Source: Naegleria gruberi (lineage: Eukaryota). From it: a stretch of 64,000 nt of DNA. The translations under genes and the position numbers were made by a program. Positions 23,393 through 33,326 of the stretch are shown piece after piece (position 1 is the first letter of the stretch; the number at the start of each line of letters is the position of its first letter). The stretch lies in NCBI GenBank assembly GCA_000004985.1, contig GG738887.1. One strand, 5' to 3'. Below the pieces are notes generated by a model, which did not search any database, was not told the DNA's origin, and saw nothing but the letters and a program-made list of their open reading frames with translations.

Positions 23393-23723
23393 TCCTTTTA
23401 GATATTGCACCTAACGGTCATTATTGATGCTTAGAGCTCGCTTATTGTGACACCAAAATAAATCCTACCTTTATAACCAAGCTTTGCCTAATTGTACACT
23501 AACTTTAATGAAATCCTCCCTAGAACTTTTTTTCACCCGAGATTGTTAACTGCCTGGATCTTCAGGCGAGTCAAGTGGGCGGACGTATCCAATAAGGATG
23601 CACCATCTCAGAAAGTGGACATTTAAATTCCAAGATTTTAACAATCATAATTAAAACGTTGGAAAAATCAACGATTATCAAGCAATCCAATTCGAGTGAA
23701 AAAAAAAGTGCAACAATAATATT

Positions 23724-24692
23724 ATGGACTGTTTCGACATTGATGCTTATCTGAAACGTATTGGTTTGAATTCACGTATCCATGTGGAAGAGGAATTTAA
23801 GTCAATTTCGTATGGATTGTTGCATGCCATTGTGTGGAATCATGCAACTCATATTCCATTCGAAAATCTGGCAACTATTTATCCAGATGAATATCGTATA
23901 GTTTCCGATTCAAATTCTAAAATCAAAGTATCTCTGGATCCAAATGATATTTTCAGGAAAATGGTGTTAAATGATCGTGGAGGTTTTTGTTTCGAACAGA
24001 ATCTTCTATTGGCGAGAGCTTTGAGAGAATTTGGCTTTACTGTCAAACCCATTGGAGCCAGAGGTGTTAATCGCTTGGCAACAGTAGATCCAATCTCTGG
24101 ATTGCCAGTTGGTCCTTTCACTCACTTGGCTCTATTGGTTGATTGCCAAGATGGAAACACTTATTTGGTGGATAACGGTTTAGGATGGGGTGGTATGCCA
24201 AGATCTCCACTCCCACTTGTCAATGGAAGTGAAAAGACAGAAAATACAGGAGAAGTATTTCGATTGGTATTGGGAACTATTTCACAAAGCACAAAATTAA
24301 ATTTTGACAAATGGGGTTGCTTTAGATTTCAAACAGGTGTCAATACAGATCATCAAGATATAAAAGATGGGAAAGTTGTTAGTGGACAGTGGTTTCTCCA
24401 ATATAAAAACAAGGCAGAATCTGACTGGTGGGATATTATGCATTTTCAGGAGGATAACGTCATGTCTTTCTTGGATGCTGAGATGGGAGCTTGGTATGCA
24501 AGTACTAATCCAAATCATCCCCAAACAAAGATGGTTTTGGTTGCCTTAATGACAACTGAAGGTAGATATTCAATTGTTGACAGGAAATTCACAATCAGAA
24601 GATTGGGAACCACTACAGAAAAATTGATAGAAAGTGATGAAGAATTGTGGTCCATTTTGGATGAATATTTTGGAATTAAGAAAATAATTTAA
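23724..24692 (+). CDS. Arylamine N-acetyltransferase (NAT family)
   Basis: 'RGGFCFEQN' is the NAT catalytic Cys motif. 'FTHLALLV' and 'LVDNGLGWGG' occupy the His and Asp positions of the Cys-His-Asp triad. Length (322 aa) and the N-terminal 'DAYLKRIGL' fit the NAT fold. Confidence 0.75.
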   Translation: MDCFDIDAYLKRIGLNSRIHVEEEFKSISYGLLHAIVWNHATHIPFENLATIYPDEYRIVSDSNSKIKVSLDPNDIFRKMVLNDRGGFCFEQNLLLARALREFGFTVKPIGARGVNRLATVDPISGLPVGPFTHLALLVDCQDGNTYLVDNGLGWGGMPRSPLPLVNGSEKTENTGEVFRLVLGTISQSTKLNFDKWGCFRFQTGVNTDHQDIKDGKVVSGQWFLQYKNKAESDWWDIMHFQEDNVMSFLDAEMGAWYASTNPNHPQTKMVLVALMTTEGRYSIVDRKFTIRRLGTTTEKLIESDEELWSILDEYFGIKKII

Positions 24693-24782
24693 AATTTTTG
24701 GAAGAATCATCAATACCCAATAATTGATGCCATGAAAATTCCCAATAGATTACCTTGAAAGGTTCCTTATTATCCATTCATC

Positions 24783-25547
24783 TTATTTAGTGACATCTTT
24801 CGATCTATTTTTGATAAAATTAACAATCTCCTTATCTCTACTAATGGCCAAAGACTGAAAATGTTTGCTTTCAGTATTGAGTCCATTTTCAATAGCCATC
24901 TTTGTAAAGTGCCTTAATCTGTCTACACTTAACTTGGAATACCCTATTTTGAGAGAAGGGAATATAATCAAATGAAGTGGAGCTACCGATATAACATTCT
25001 CCAATACAATGTCGTTCAAGTAGGCTTTTTTCATTGCACGTACAATAAAGGTTGAATCAATTTCCAAAAGGGATTGTAGATGGTCACGTGATGATAATAG
25101 AGATGTCAAACATGTGGTACTAATATGATCAATTATTCTTGGATTTTTTTTCAAGCATTTGATAAGAAAGTCGTTGGATAATGAAAACATATTGCTAATC
25201 AATGAAGGACTTTTCTGAACAACCTCAAACATCAAGTCCTCCTCAAGAATTATTTCTTCAATTAGTAGTCTATCAAACGAAAATAATATTGAAGGAACAA
25301 TTTTGATTGCCTTACGACAAAGATTTCTATGCTTATTCAAGATGTAAGGAATATATGAAACTCCCCTATCAATAACATGTTTTTTCAATAGATAGTTGGT
25401 TAATTCATCATCATTGGGATAGCAGTCAGCTACAATCTCGTCAGTATGCCAATTATGGAATCCATTTTCATATAACCAATGTATCACATCTCCTTTTTCA
25501 GCAATCTTTTTTGGAATATTGTTAATACTGGGGCTTTCATTTTTCAT
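24783..25547 (-). CDS. DUF4116-like repeat protein (254 aa)
   Basis: Repeated 'D.E.V...V..N...L.Y' segments resemble the DUF4116 repeat, and the sequence resembles the neighbouring gene and the 46520..48007 gene. Confidence 0.4.
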   Translation of the reverse strand: MKNESPSINNIPKKIAEKGDVIHWLYENGFHNWHTDEIVADCYPNDDELTNYLLKKHVIDRGVSYIPYILNKHRNLCRKAIKIVPSILFSFDRLLIEEIILEEDLMFEVVQKSPSLISNMFSLSNDFLIKCLKKNPRIIDHISTTCLTSLLSSRDHLQSLLEIDSTFIVRAMKKAYLNDIVLENVISVAPLHLIIFPSLKIGYSKLSVDRLRHFTKMAIENGLNTESKHFQSLAISRDKEIVNFIKNRSKDVTK

Positions 25548-25587
25548 TGCAAGTTTAAATAATTCTACATCCTCTCGGATAATTTCA

Positions 25588-26361
25588 CTATCTTTTCACA
25601 ATTTCTTTCATTAACAGTGTTTCAGTCATCGAATATTTCAAGGTTTTTAAATTTTTGCTCTTTGATAAGCATTTCCTCAATATATCAATATCATCTAATA
25701 GACTTTCTCCAACAAACATAATAGTTCCATAGTTTTTCCCTAAAGATTTCATCACTATTTCCTTATCATTTCTAATACCTCTCTTACAATGCTGAAGAGA
25801 ATTAGGTTTAAACTCAAGAGATGATGAAATTATTTCTGAATCAATAGTACATAAAGCAAACTTTAGAGCATCTCTATAATATTTAACAGCTTTAGAAACA
25901 AAGGTCTTTGCTTTCCACAAATCACCTTGGAAAAAAATCTTTCCCTTCTTATTCCTCAAAACTTGAATCATAAAATCTTCATCCTTTTCAAATGAGTTAC
26001 CATATATAAAGCCGCAATCTCTCATGACATATCCTAATATAAATTGTCTTTTCATTTCCAATGTAGGAATGGAATTAAATAATTCAGTAACACGTTTCCT
26101 TTTCATCATTTTAGAATGATGAATAATTATTAAATATTTCCAATATTCCTTCAAGTTTTGTAAAGTTTCTTCTCTTTTCTTGTTCATTGTATTCCGCAGC
26201 ATATTATACATGATGGGGGTGTTGTTTTGTCCATCTAAAATTATCGTAACTGGTTTAGCATCTTCGTGTGATGACATTTTTTTATGGTTTTCATGTAAAT
26301 GAACTTGCACAAGTTGAATTGTTGTGAGATTGTGAACAATAGATATTTCTCTGTTTTGCAC
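25588..26361 (-). CDS. DUF4116-like repeat protein (257 aa), tandem neighbour of the previous gene
   Basis: 'GDLWKAKTFVSKAVKYYRDALKFA', 'NDKEIVMKSLGKNYGTIMFVGESLLDDIDILRKCL' are DUF4116-type repeats. Same strand as and adjacent to 24783..25547. Confidence 0.4.
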   Translation of the reverse strand: MQNREISIVHNLTTIQLVQVHLHENHKKMSSHEDAKPVTIILDGQNNTPIMYNMLRNTMNKKREETLQNLKEYWKYLIIIHHSKMMKRKRVTELFNSIPTLEMKRQFILGYVMRDCGFIYGNSFEKDEDFMIQVLRNKKGKIFFQGDLWKAKTFVSKAVKYYRDALKFALCTIDSEIISSSLEFKPNSLQHCKRGIRNDKEIVMKSLGKNYGTIMFVGESLLDDIDILRKCLSKSKNLKTLKYSMTETLLMKEIVKR

Positions 26362-26889
26362 ACTTTGATTTGTTGGATTTTGTGAAAATTAACTTGTCGA
26401 GATGATCAACTTTATTGCTCTGGAGAAAGAAACATGGACTATTCCTTATTATTCTGGTTCGTTGCTTAGTTTCCTTTCTGATTCATCATTTAATTGAGAA
26501 CAATATTGTTGCAAGCTTAACAAGCCTTCAGTAAATTCTTGTTCTTTCTTCTTCCGATAGTGGTCATTGATATTAAAAACACAACTTTCAATAGTTGTAA
26601 TTAAGGTATTTTTTCCAGTGCTCCCACAAGGTGAAATTAATGCATTTCCTACACTCATTGCTGAAAGCATTTTTTTTAATGCGATACGAAATGGCAGTTC
26701 TTAGTATGTAACGAGATGATCTAAGGTAGAACTCTTTCTTCATAAAAGCTCTCTGAGCATGGGTGAATAGATAGTACAACAATAGGTACGAAGTAGGATA
26801 GTTTGGATTTTTGGATTTTCAAATTCTTGCTTGGAGTTTGGCAAAGTGTTGAATATTGGTGAAAGTAAAATTATATACATTTATAATAT

Positions 26890-27785
26890 TTAGTTAATAC
26901 CCAACAATTTCTTTACATATGAATAGAGATCAAGTAATTGAGAACACAATTGAGAATTGGCCATCTTTTTAACAAAATCTGGTATCCATCCTATAATTAC
27001 ACATTGTAAATATTTCAATATTTGAAATGACTTACCCTTAACATCAGTTTGAATAACATATGTTACATGACAACTAGTAGCAGTTGTTTCGTTTGGTTTC
27101 TTAACTGGTTTAATGACATAACCAGAAACTAACAAATCTCCTCTAACATATCCTGATTGTTCTGGATACAATGCATTATCTACAACACTCTTTTGACATA
27201 AAACAATTGATCCATCTTCTCTCTTTTTCAATCTTCTACAAATCAAATAATCTCTCTTTGAAACACCAAATGCAGGTGATTTATGGGAGTGAACAACAAC
27301 TTCAATATCCTCAACCTTTTTCAATGATTTAATTTCGGAGAGGGAAGTACTCAATTTTAAAACATGATTACTATCCCACAATACATTGGCAACTTGTTCA
27401 GGTGTCAATCCTAATTATTAATAAATTATTTAAAGTAATTTTCATGATGATCAATAATAATTTAATCATGATATAAATTATTCATAAACATCATGTGGAT
27501 AAAGGTCAAGATATTAGAATCATAAATCTACATACCAGACATTAAGAAGGTAACCTTGTAAGATCCAGTATGTGGTGGAGGCTCAGCAAATTCCTGCAAG
27601 CAATAAAATTGATGATCAAATTGTTGTTCATTAAATATTATCAATCAATACTATAAACCTACTGCTGTACATCCATTCTTTTCATCAATCTTTTGCCAAA
27701 CCTTTCCGGTTGGATTCTTACTATCTGCCAATTCAATTACACGTGATTCAGCAATATTAATTTCATCAGCAATATTGGATGTCAT
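26890..27785 (-). CDS. START (StAR-related lipid-transfer / Bet v1-like) domain protein, 3 exons
   Basis: Exons are approximately 27785..27663, 27593..27536 and 27410..26890. The introns are 69 nt (GTAGGT...TTGCAG) and 125 nt (GTATGT...ATTAG). Spliced product 'MTSNIADEINIAESRVIELADSKNPTGKVWQKIDEKNGCTAEFAEPPPHTGSYKVTFLMSGLTPEQVANVLWDSNHVLKL...IGWIPDFVKKMANSQ...' is about 234 aa, a typical START-domain size with the conserved C-terminal amphipathic helix. Confidence 0.5.
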
Positions 27786-27890
27786 TTTTTTTATTTTTAA
27801 AGATGAACAAGGAATTGGAAATGAAATTGCATGCTAGAATGTTTCTAAATAGTAGATGATGAATATTAGTTAAAGATCTATTCAGTAAAA

Positions 27891-29194
27891 TTATAAAATT
27901 GTGAATTTTTGTGAAATATCTTCCTTCTTTTGTTTGTTGATGGTGGCTTCTCTTAATTGTTCGACAACATGTCTGTTAAATTCATTAATTGTAATAACAT
28001 CATTAGATTCAATTCCTAATACGCTCTTAATTAGTGGATCCATACTAATCCTGTGATTTTCATTGAATAATTGTTTTTCGTAAAGATATTCCCAGAGTTT
28101 TTTAAATACTTCGACTTTTGTTGCTATTTTGGTTCCAATAGCTTTTATAATTGGTTCTGTAAGTGCAACTGGTTCCTTATCATCAGAATCAAACAAGTAA
28201 GGTTCCTTATCACAAGTTGAAATATCAATTACATTACTATTACTTTCACCATTAGATGATGACGATGATGAACCATTGGTATTATTGGTAACTGTTGTAG
28301 GTGTAGATTGAGCAGTTTCCTTCGCTTTCTTAGATTTAGATTTAGATTTGGTAGGAGTTGTCTCCACTTGCTTTTCCAATATTTTCTCCAATTCTTCCAA
28401 TGGTTGTTTAGTTCCTTCCTTAGGTGTTTTAACTTTTGGTAATGTTTTGGTATTAATTTTCTTCCATTTTGCAATTTCCCTATTCCAAAATTTCTGTATT
28501 AATCATATGATTTGTGTCATTGAATAAATTACAATAAAGACCTACCATATCAAATATATTCTCAATAACTGGTTCTTCATCACTATCATAGATGACATCA
28601 CTCTTCCTTGATTGTTGCCTAGTTTTTCTAGTAGAAGATTCCTCTTCAGTTGATTCGTCTTCCTCTTCATCCTCTTCATCTTCTTCACTATCACTACTTG
28701 ATTCCTCTTCTTCTTGTTGAAATTTTCTCTTCTTAATTGGAGTAGTTGTAGTGGAGGCTTGTTGTTTTGTATTATTATTAGGTTGTGTTTTAGCTTTTTT
28801 AGTAGAAGATTCTGTTTTAGTAATCGCCTTGTGTTGATTCTCACCATCATTATCATTCCTTCTTGTTGTTGATGATGATTGATGTTATTACACTATTATT
28901 ATTTGATAAATTAGATTGGGATATTGGTGGAATATTATTAGTTGATGTTGTTGTTGGTGTTGGTGTTGTTGTTATTGATGGTACTACTACAGATAAAAGA
29001 ATGGATTGAGAGAAGAAAGGACTAGTCATGATCTTCTCCATCGAAGACTGGAAATGTTCCTTCAATGATTGTAATTCACTCTCCAATAATTTAATATATT
29101 CTCGCTGTTGTTGAATGATTGTTTGATCATTGGTTTCGGATGATGATGAAGTGGTAGGTTCATCAATGATCATCTTGTTTCCATTTGTAATCAT
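27891..29194 (-). CDS. SWIB/MDM2-domain protein with an acidic Ser/Glu/Asp tract, 3 exons
   Basis: The C-terminal exon 'PIIKAIGTKIATKVEVFKKLWEYLYEKQLFNENHRISMDPLIKSVLG...FNRHVVEQL' is a SWIB domain. It joins upstream to an acidic exon ('...SSDSEEDEEDEEEDESTEEE...VIENIFDM') through a 52-nt GTAGGT..TACAG intron (about 28545..28494), and further to the N-terminal exon 29194..28892 through a 64-nt GTAATA..CAAG intron. Track ORFs 28229..28474 and 28542..28856 are other frames of the same exons. Confidence 0.55.
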
Positions 29195-29279
29195 TTTTTT
29201 TTAATTGTTTAATATTTTGATAAAATTTAAAAAAACAAGAAATTGTGAATTTAATTTTATATTTACAATAAAAATGTTG

Positions 29280-29639
29280 TTAAATATCTGGAATGAATTT
29301 TCCAATACCAGTACTTCTTTTATACATAAAAATTCCCCAAAATATACTCATAATCCACCCAACTAGAATTGGCGCCAAAAACAATTGAAGTAATCCAAAT
29401 AAAACACAATATTTAACCTTCTTCTTTTTAGATGTGACACATCCTGCTATGAGTGTTCCAATTCCAGGTAGGAAAATGTTAATAACTAATATTGGAATGC
29501 TCCAACGTTTCTTTAATTTTGGAATAAATTTGTTAAATGTTTTAAAGATTGTAATTTCATCTTTCTGAACAACATGTTGTGTTCCTTCTTGTCAATAATA
29601 CTATTCGGAAGATGTGATACGTACTGTACTCAGACTCAT
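29280..29639 (-). CDS. SPEC3/Stum-like small two-TM protein, 2 exons (15-nt first exon)
   Basis: Exon 2 (29510..29280) encodes 'KRWSIPILVINIFLPGIGTLIAGCVTSKKKKVKYCVLFGLLQLFLAPILVGWIMSIFWGIFMYK...', matching the SPEC3/stum motif (PGxGTxxAG ... GWIWSIxWG). The proposed exon 1 'ATGAGTCTGAGTACA' (29639..29625) is followed by a GTACGT donor and an acceptor 'aattaaAG' at 29511. Confidence 0.4.
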
Positions 29640-29774
29640 TGATCTTTGTGTTGATTTTTTATGATTAATTTCACATGTCAATTTTGTTATTTGTCCATGT
29701 GAATATGTGAATGATGTTTTCTAAATCAGCAATAATACACAGTTAATGCGATTTGAATCTACTAGTTCCAATGT

Positions 29775-31559
29775 TTATTTCCATAAATTAATGTTTTCCT
29801 GAGAGAAGGAGAGTAGAATTGATTCGTGTAACGAAAGAGAATGAACAGTCTTTTTGTGTTGCAAGTCATCAGTTCTTAGTGGAGTTATTTCTTCACATTT
29901 CATTGGGATGTGAGATGGAATTTGATAGATGCAACACTTGTTGGAATTGGTAGCTCCGTACAGATAGTTATTATCATGTGTAATTGAAACAAAGACGTCT
30001 TCCTCCTTATTACTCACAAATTTAAATACTTCTCTTCCTGTTTCCATATTTAAAACTGAGATGGAATTGGATGGATGGCAAACAAAGAGGAATCCTTCCA
30101 TGTTTGGGTATTTGAGAATTTGTTGAATTGGTAAATCTAGGGTTGAACTTGATGATTCTTCCTCTGTAAGTTTTGGCTTTCTCATAGAAGAGATTGTATA
30201 GACTTTTTCACAATGTTGACTCTTGGTGTTCCACTTTCTAATAGATCCATCACTACTGCACGATAACATGTGCTCATTATCTAGTTGAATAATACAATTA
30301 ATGAATGAAGTGTGTCCAGAAAGATCCTTCAGTTCAGTACCACCAGATGTTAATCCGTGTACTTTAATTGAACCATTTGGATAACCTGAAATAATAGTAT
30401 TGTCATAATCTGAAAAGTAAATACAATTTGCACCTGTTGCAGTTGGAATTTTCAAAAGACATTTTCCTGTTAATAAATTCCACAATTTGATTGTCTTGTC
30501 AATAGCTGAAGTAGCAAGAAGAATACCTGATGGTTGAACTTTAGTACCAACACAAGTTACGGAATCTTCATGAACAATTAGTTCATCATTTGCCTGATAA
30601 GCCAATTCCTTATTCATTTTGCCTGTTAAATAATCATAAATCTCCACAAATCCATCACTTGTGCCTACTATCAGATAATCAGAAACAAAGTGACAGCAAT
30701 TAACTTGAGTCTTTTTTCCAAATTTGATAATCTTGTATGGTCTGTCCAATATTTTAATTTCGGCATTGGTAGTCTCGTCACTTTCCATACTGTCATCCTC
30801 CTCTTGTTTGACTTGAGTAGTGCTGGCAATGGCTGTCGGCTTATCAGATGATTTTTTAATATTCTTAACAGTGTGATCCAATAGATGGAAAGTATTTGGA
30901 TCAAAATCATCACCTTGTTTCATCTTTTGATATTGAATTGCATTTCCAATAATATTTAACATTGAACTAGAAGGAATTGATAAAATTTCTTGTTGAAATA
31001 AAGAGGAAAGCTCTCTTCTAATATCATTCTTATTCTTTCCATCATAGGCGATTAAATTATCAAAATGTTTTGCATTATTTACAACATGTTCCAATTTTTT
31101 AAATCTAGCAGGTTCTTCCTCTCGTAAATCAACAGAAATTACTTGAATATTATTCATCAAAAACCTAGCAACATTCTCTTCCGATAATTCAATCAATTCA
31201 AATATAACATGTTCATATAATTTGATCAATAACCCTTTAGAAAATGTTAAATAGGGTTGTTGCAAGGTTTCCAACACAAATGTCCAACTTCCCTTTTCAA
31301 TACTTGTTAGAAATTGTTTTCTATGTTGGGGCAGCATTGTATTACATGTTAATCCACTCTCTTTACTGATAGCCTTGAAACTCTCTGTCATGTTATTTTC
31401 CATACAAAATTGTAACATTAATTTAACTACATCACGACTATCCACTGTAACTTGTTCATTGTTTTGTTGGTGGAGATCGGAAGATGATGAAGCCTTTTTC
31501 GATATTTTTAAATTAGGCTTGATAATGTGAGATTGTTTTTGAGTGTTGTTGTTTTGCAT
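29775..31559 (-). CDS. smu1: SMU1-like WD40 protein (LisH + CTLH + 7 WD40 repeats)
   Basis: N-terminal 'DVVKLMLQFCMENNMTESFKAISKESG' (LisH). Central 'KIIKFGKKTQVNCCHFVSDYLIVGTSDGFVEIYDYLTGKMNKELAYQ' aligns with SMU1. There are multiple WD40 repeats and the length is 594 aa. Confidence 0.8.
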   Translation of the reverse strand: MQNNNTQKQSHIIKPNLKISKKASSSSDLHQQNNEQVTVDSRDVVKLMLQFCMENNMTESFKAISKESGLTCNTMLPQHRKQFLTSIEKGSWTFVLETLQQPYLTFSKGLLIKLYEHVIFELIELSEENVARFLMNNIQVISVDLREEEPARFKKLEHVVNNAKHFDNLIAYDGKNKNDIRRELSSLFQQEILSIPSSSMLNIIGNAIQYQKMKQGDDFDPNTFHLLDHTVKNIKKSSDKPTAIASTTQVKQEEDDSMESDETTNAEIKILDRPYKIIKFGKKTQVNCCHFVSDYLIVGTSDGFVEIYDYLTGKMNKELAYQANDELIVHEDSVTCVGTKVQPSGILLATSAIDKTIKLWNLLTGKCLLKIPTATGANCIYFSDYDNTIISGYPNGSIKVHGLTSGGTELKDLSGHTSFINCIIQLDNEHMLSCSSDGSIRKWNTKSQHCEKVYTISSMRKPKLTEEESSSSTLDLPIQQILKYPNMEGFLFVCHPSNSISVLNMETGREVFKFVSNKEEDVFVSITHDNNYLYGATNSNKCCIYQIPSHIPMKCEEITPLRTDDLQHKKTVHSLSLHESILLSFSQENINLWK

Positions 31560-31655
31560 TTTTTGCTGTTGTTACAAAATAGCAAAAAAATTGTTGGAAG
31601 ACTTTGTCATGACAAACCTCACAACATACAATGGAATTTATTATCAAATGTTAAA

Positions 31656-32119
31656 ATGCCATCTCTAAAAGTTTTACATTTAAATCTTTGTGAGGAAACT
31701 CATTTACCAGATCAATTGAATGTAGAATCTTTTAAAAATGTTAAATATTTCTATTTAGAATCAGAACATAAAATAGACATTTCAGAATTGAGCAAATTAA
31801 CAAATTTAGAAATATTAATTCTGGCAATTTCAAATCACAATAATTTATTTACTCACATTTCTAAAATATCAAGTTTGAAAGATTTCACATGGCGTGATCC
31901 AATTAGTGAAGCAGATTTACAATTAGTTTGCAAATTACCAGGTATGATAACAATCATATTTGGTGGTTACAATCACTCTTTCCCAATTTACAAGGTACTG
32001 TTGCCTCAGTAATATTTGGAATGGATGAATATGGCTTTCATTTTGACTTTGATATTTTACAAAAAATGGCAGATACTATGAACGAATTTGTATTTCTCTT
32101 TCCAAAGAATAATATTTAA
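31656..32119 (+). CDS. Small LRR-like hypothetical protein, 2 exons
   Basis: ATG at 31656 ('MPSLKVLHLNLCEETHLP...LTNLEILILAISN'). A donor at about 31942 (GTATGA) and an acceptor at about 31994 (ACAAG) join in phase to '...TVASVIFGMDEYGFHFDFDILQKMADTMNEF*'. The upstream part of track ORF 31527 begins at GTG and overlaps the smu1 start, so it is excluded. Confidence 0.35.
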
Positions 32120-32307
32120 TAATTTGAACAAGCAGTAGCAAAAAATACTCTTGTTCATTGACCTTGGCAATTAGCATTCTAGCTTTGATAGGAGATAATT
32201 TTACAGACATAGAAGAGACCCAAAACCTAAACTTATTTTAATATCAATTTGTAATTTTTATATTGAAGGTGAAGTTTCTTTTTATTTTACAAAATTTAAT
32301 ATATAAT

Positions 32308-33270
32308 TTACAAATCAATGGCTGGATAATATTCTTCTGTTTCTTGAGTTTCATTTCTTTGTTTTGGTCTAGTTGGTACATAATTTCCAAAATTGTAATC
32401 GCCTCCAATTATGGAATTATCAATAATTTCAGAAAATGATTTTTCAAGAGGATTAAATGGACATGAATTTTCACCTCTTTCATTCTTTAGTGGTAAATAT
32501 TCTTCCTTTCTTTGACTACTTGCCAATCTTAACCAAAATGCTCTATCAAATGCTTTTAACAATAATTCATCGGACATTCCTTCAGCACTGAGGAAATATT
32601 TTGGTAATTTCTCTTGAACTTTCATGTAAAATTCATCCAATTCCTTGTGAGTTTTAAATTGAACACTTTTTTGTGAAGGGAAAATCTTTTTGAGCGATTC
32701 TGAAAGTTGAAATTCCATTTTACAATATCCATCATTCTTCAATCTTTGGAAATATAATTTAAGTGATCCAGATAATCTATTTTCTACTCCTAATGTTTGT
32801 AATACTTGTGTTACAAAATGTTGACAATTACACTTATCAGTTGAGTAAGTCATTTCACCATTCCATTTACAAATAATATCTCCTAATGAAGTAATAGCAT
32901 TATTAATAGATTCTTGTCCTCTAAATGTATGAATATCATAAGCTAATACTGCCTTACTTGAACTTCTGGATCGAATGGTAACAATTGAATTATCTGTCCA
33001 TTCTAAATAAAATGCTCCAAATACTAAAGCTGCATGGAAATAACCATATTCTTGGTTGACTTTACCAAATTTATGAGCTAAACTACGTTGTAATCTGTGA
33101 ACTGTTGTATCACTCAGCTCTGTAATGACTAATTTTAACTTGACAAATGGTGCAGTAATCTTTCTTTTCAGAGGTTGTTGAATTGTTGAAGAGGGATCTA
33201 CAAGTAATGGATCAGCAAGATATGGATTGATCTTTAAAAATAACAATCTTTCACTATATTGTTTTTTCAT
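32308..33270 (-). CDS. LRAT / H-rev107 (PLA-AT, NlpC/P60 superfamily) domain protein
   Basis: 'GYFHAALVFGAFYLEW' (His strand) and 'DKCNCQHFVTQVLQ' (Cys in the NCEHF-type motif) come in the order characteristic of LRAT-like permuted papain-fold enzymes. Confidence 0.55.
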   Translation of the reverse strand: MKKQYSERLLFLKINPYLADPLLVDPSSTIQQPLKRKITAPFVKLKLVITELSDTTVHRLQRSLAHKFGKVNQEYGYFHAALVFGAFYLEWTDNSIVTIRSRSSSKAVLAYDIHTFRGQESINNAITSLGDIICKWNGEMTYSTDKCNCQHFVTQVLQTLGVENRLSGSLKLYFQRLKNDGYCKMEFQLSESLKKIFPSQKSVQFKTHKELDEFYMKVQEKLPKYFLSAEGMSDELLLKAFDRAFWLRLASSQRKEEYLPLKNERGENSCPFNPLEKSFSEIIDNSIIGGDYNFGNYVPTRPKQRNETQETEEYYPAIDL

Positions 33271-33326
33271 AAATGAACCAATTAATAGGTTGATGAGTAT
33301 ATGTTTTGATTAGTATAATATTATAC

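Noticed and set aside
28229-28856. Track ORFs 28229..28474 and 28542..28856 (basic K/R/L-rich)
   Set aside because: They are other reading frames of the SWIB gene's acidic Ser/Glu/Asp exon and its intron. The in-frame acidic version links to the SWIB domain.
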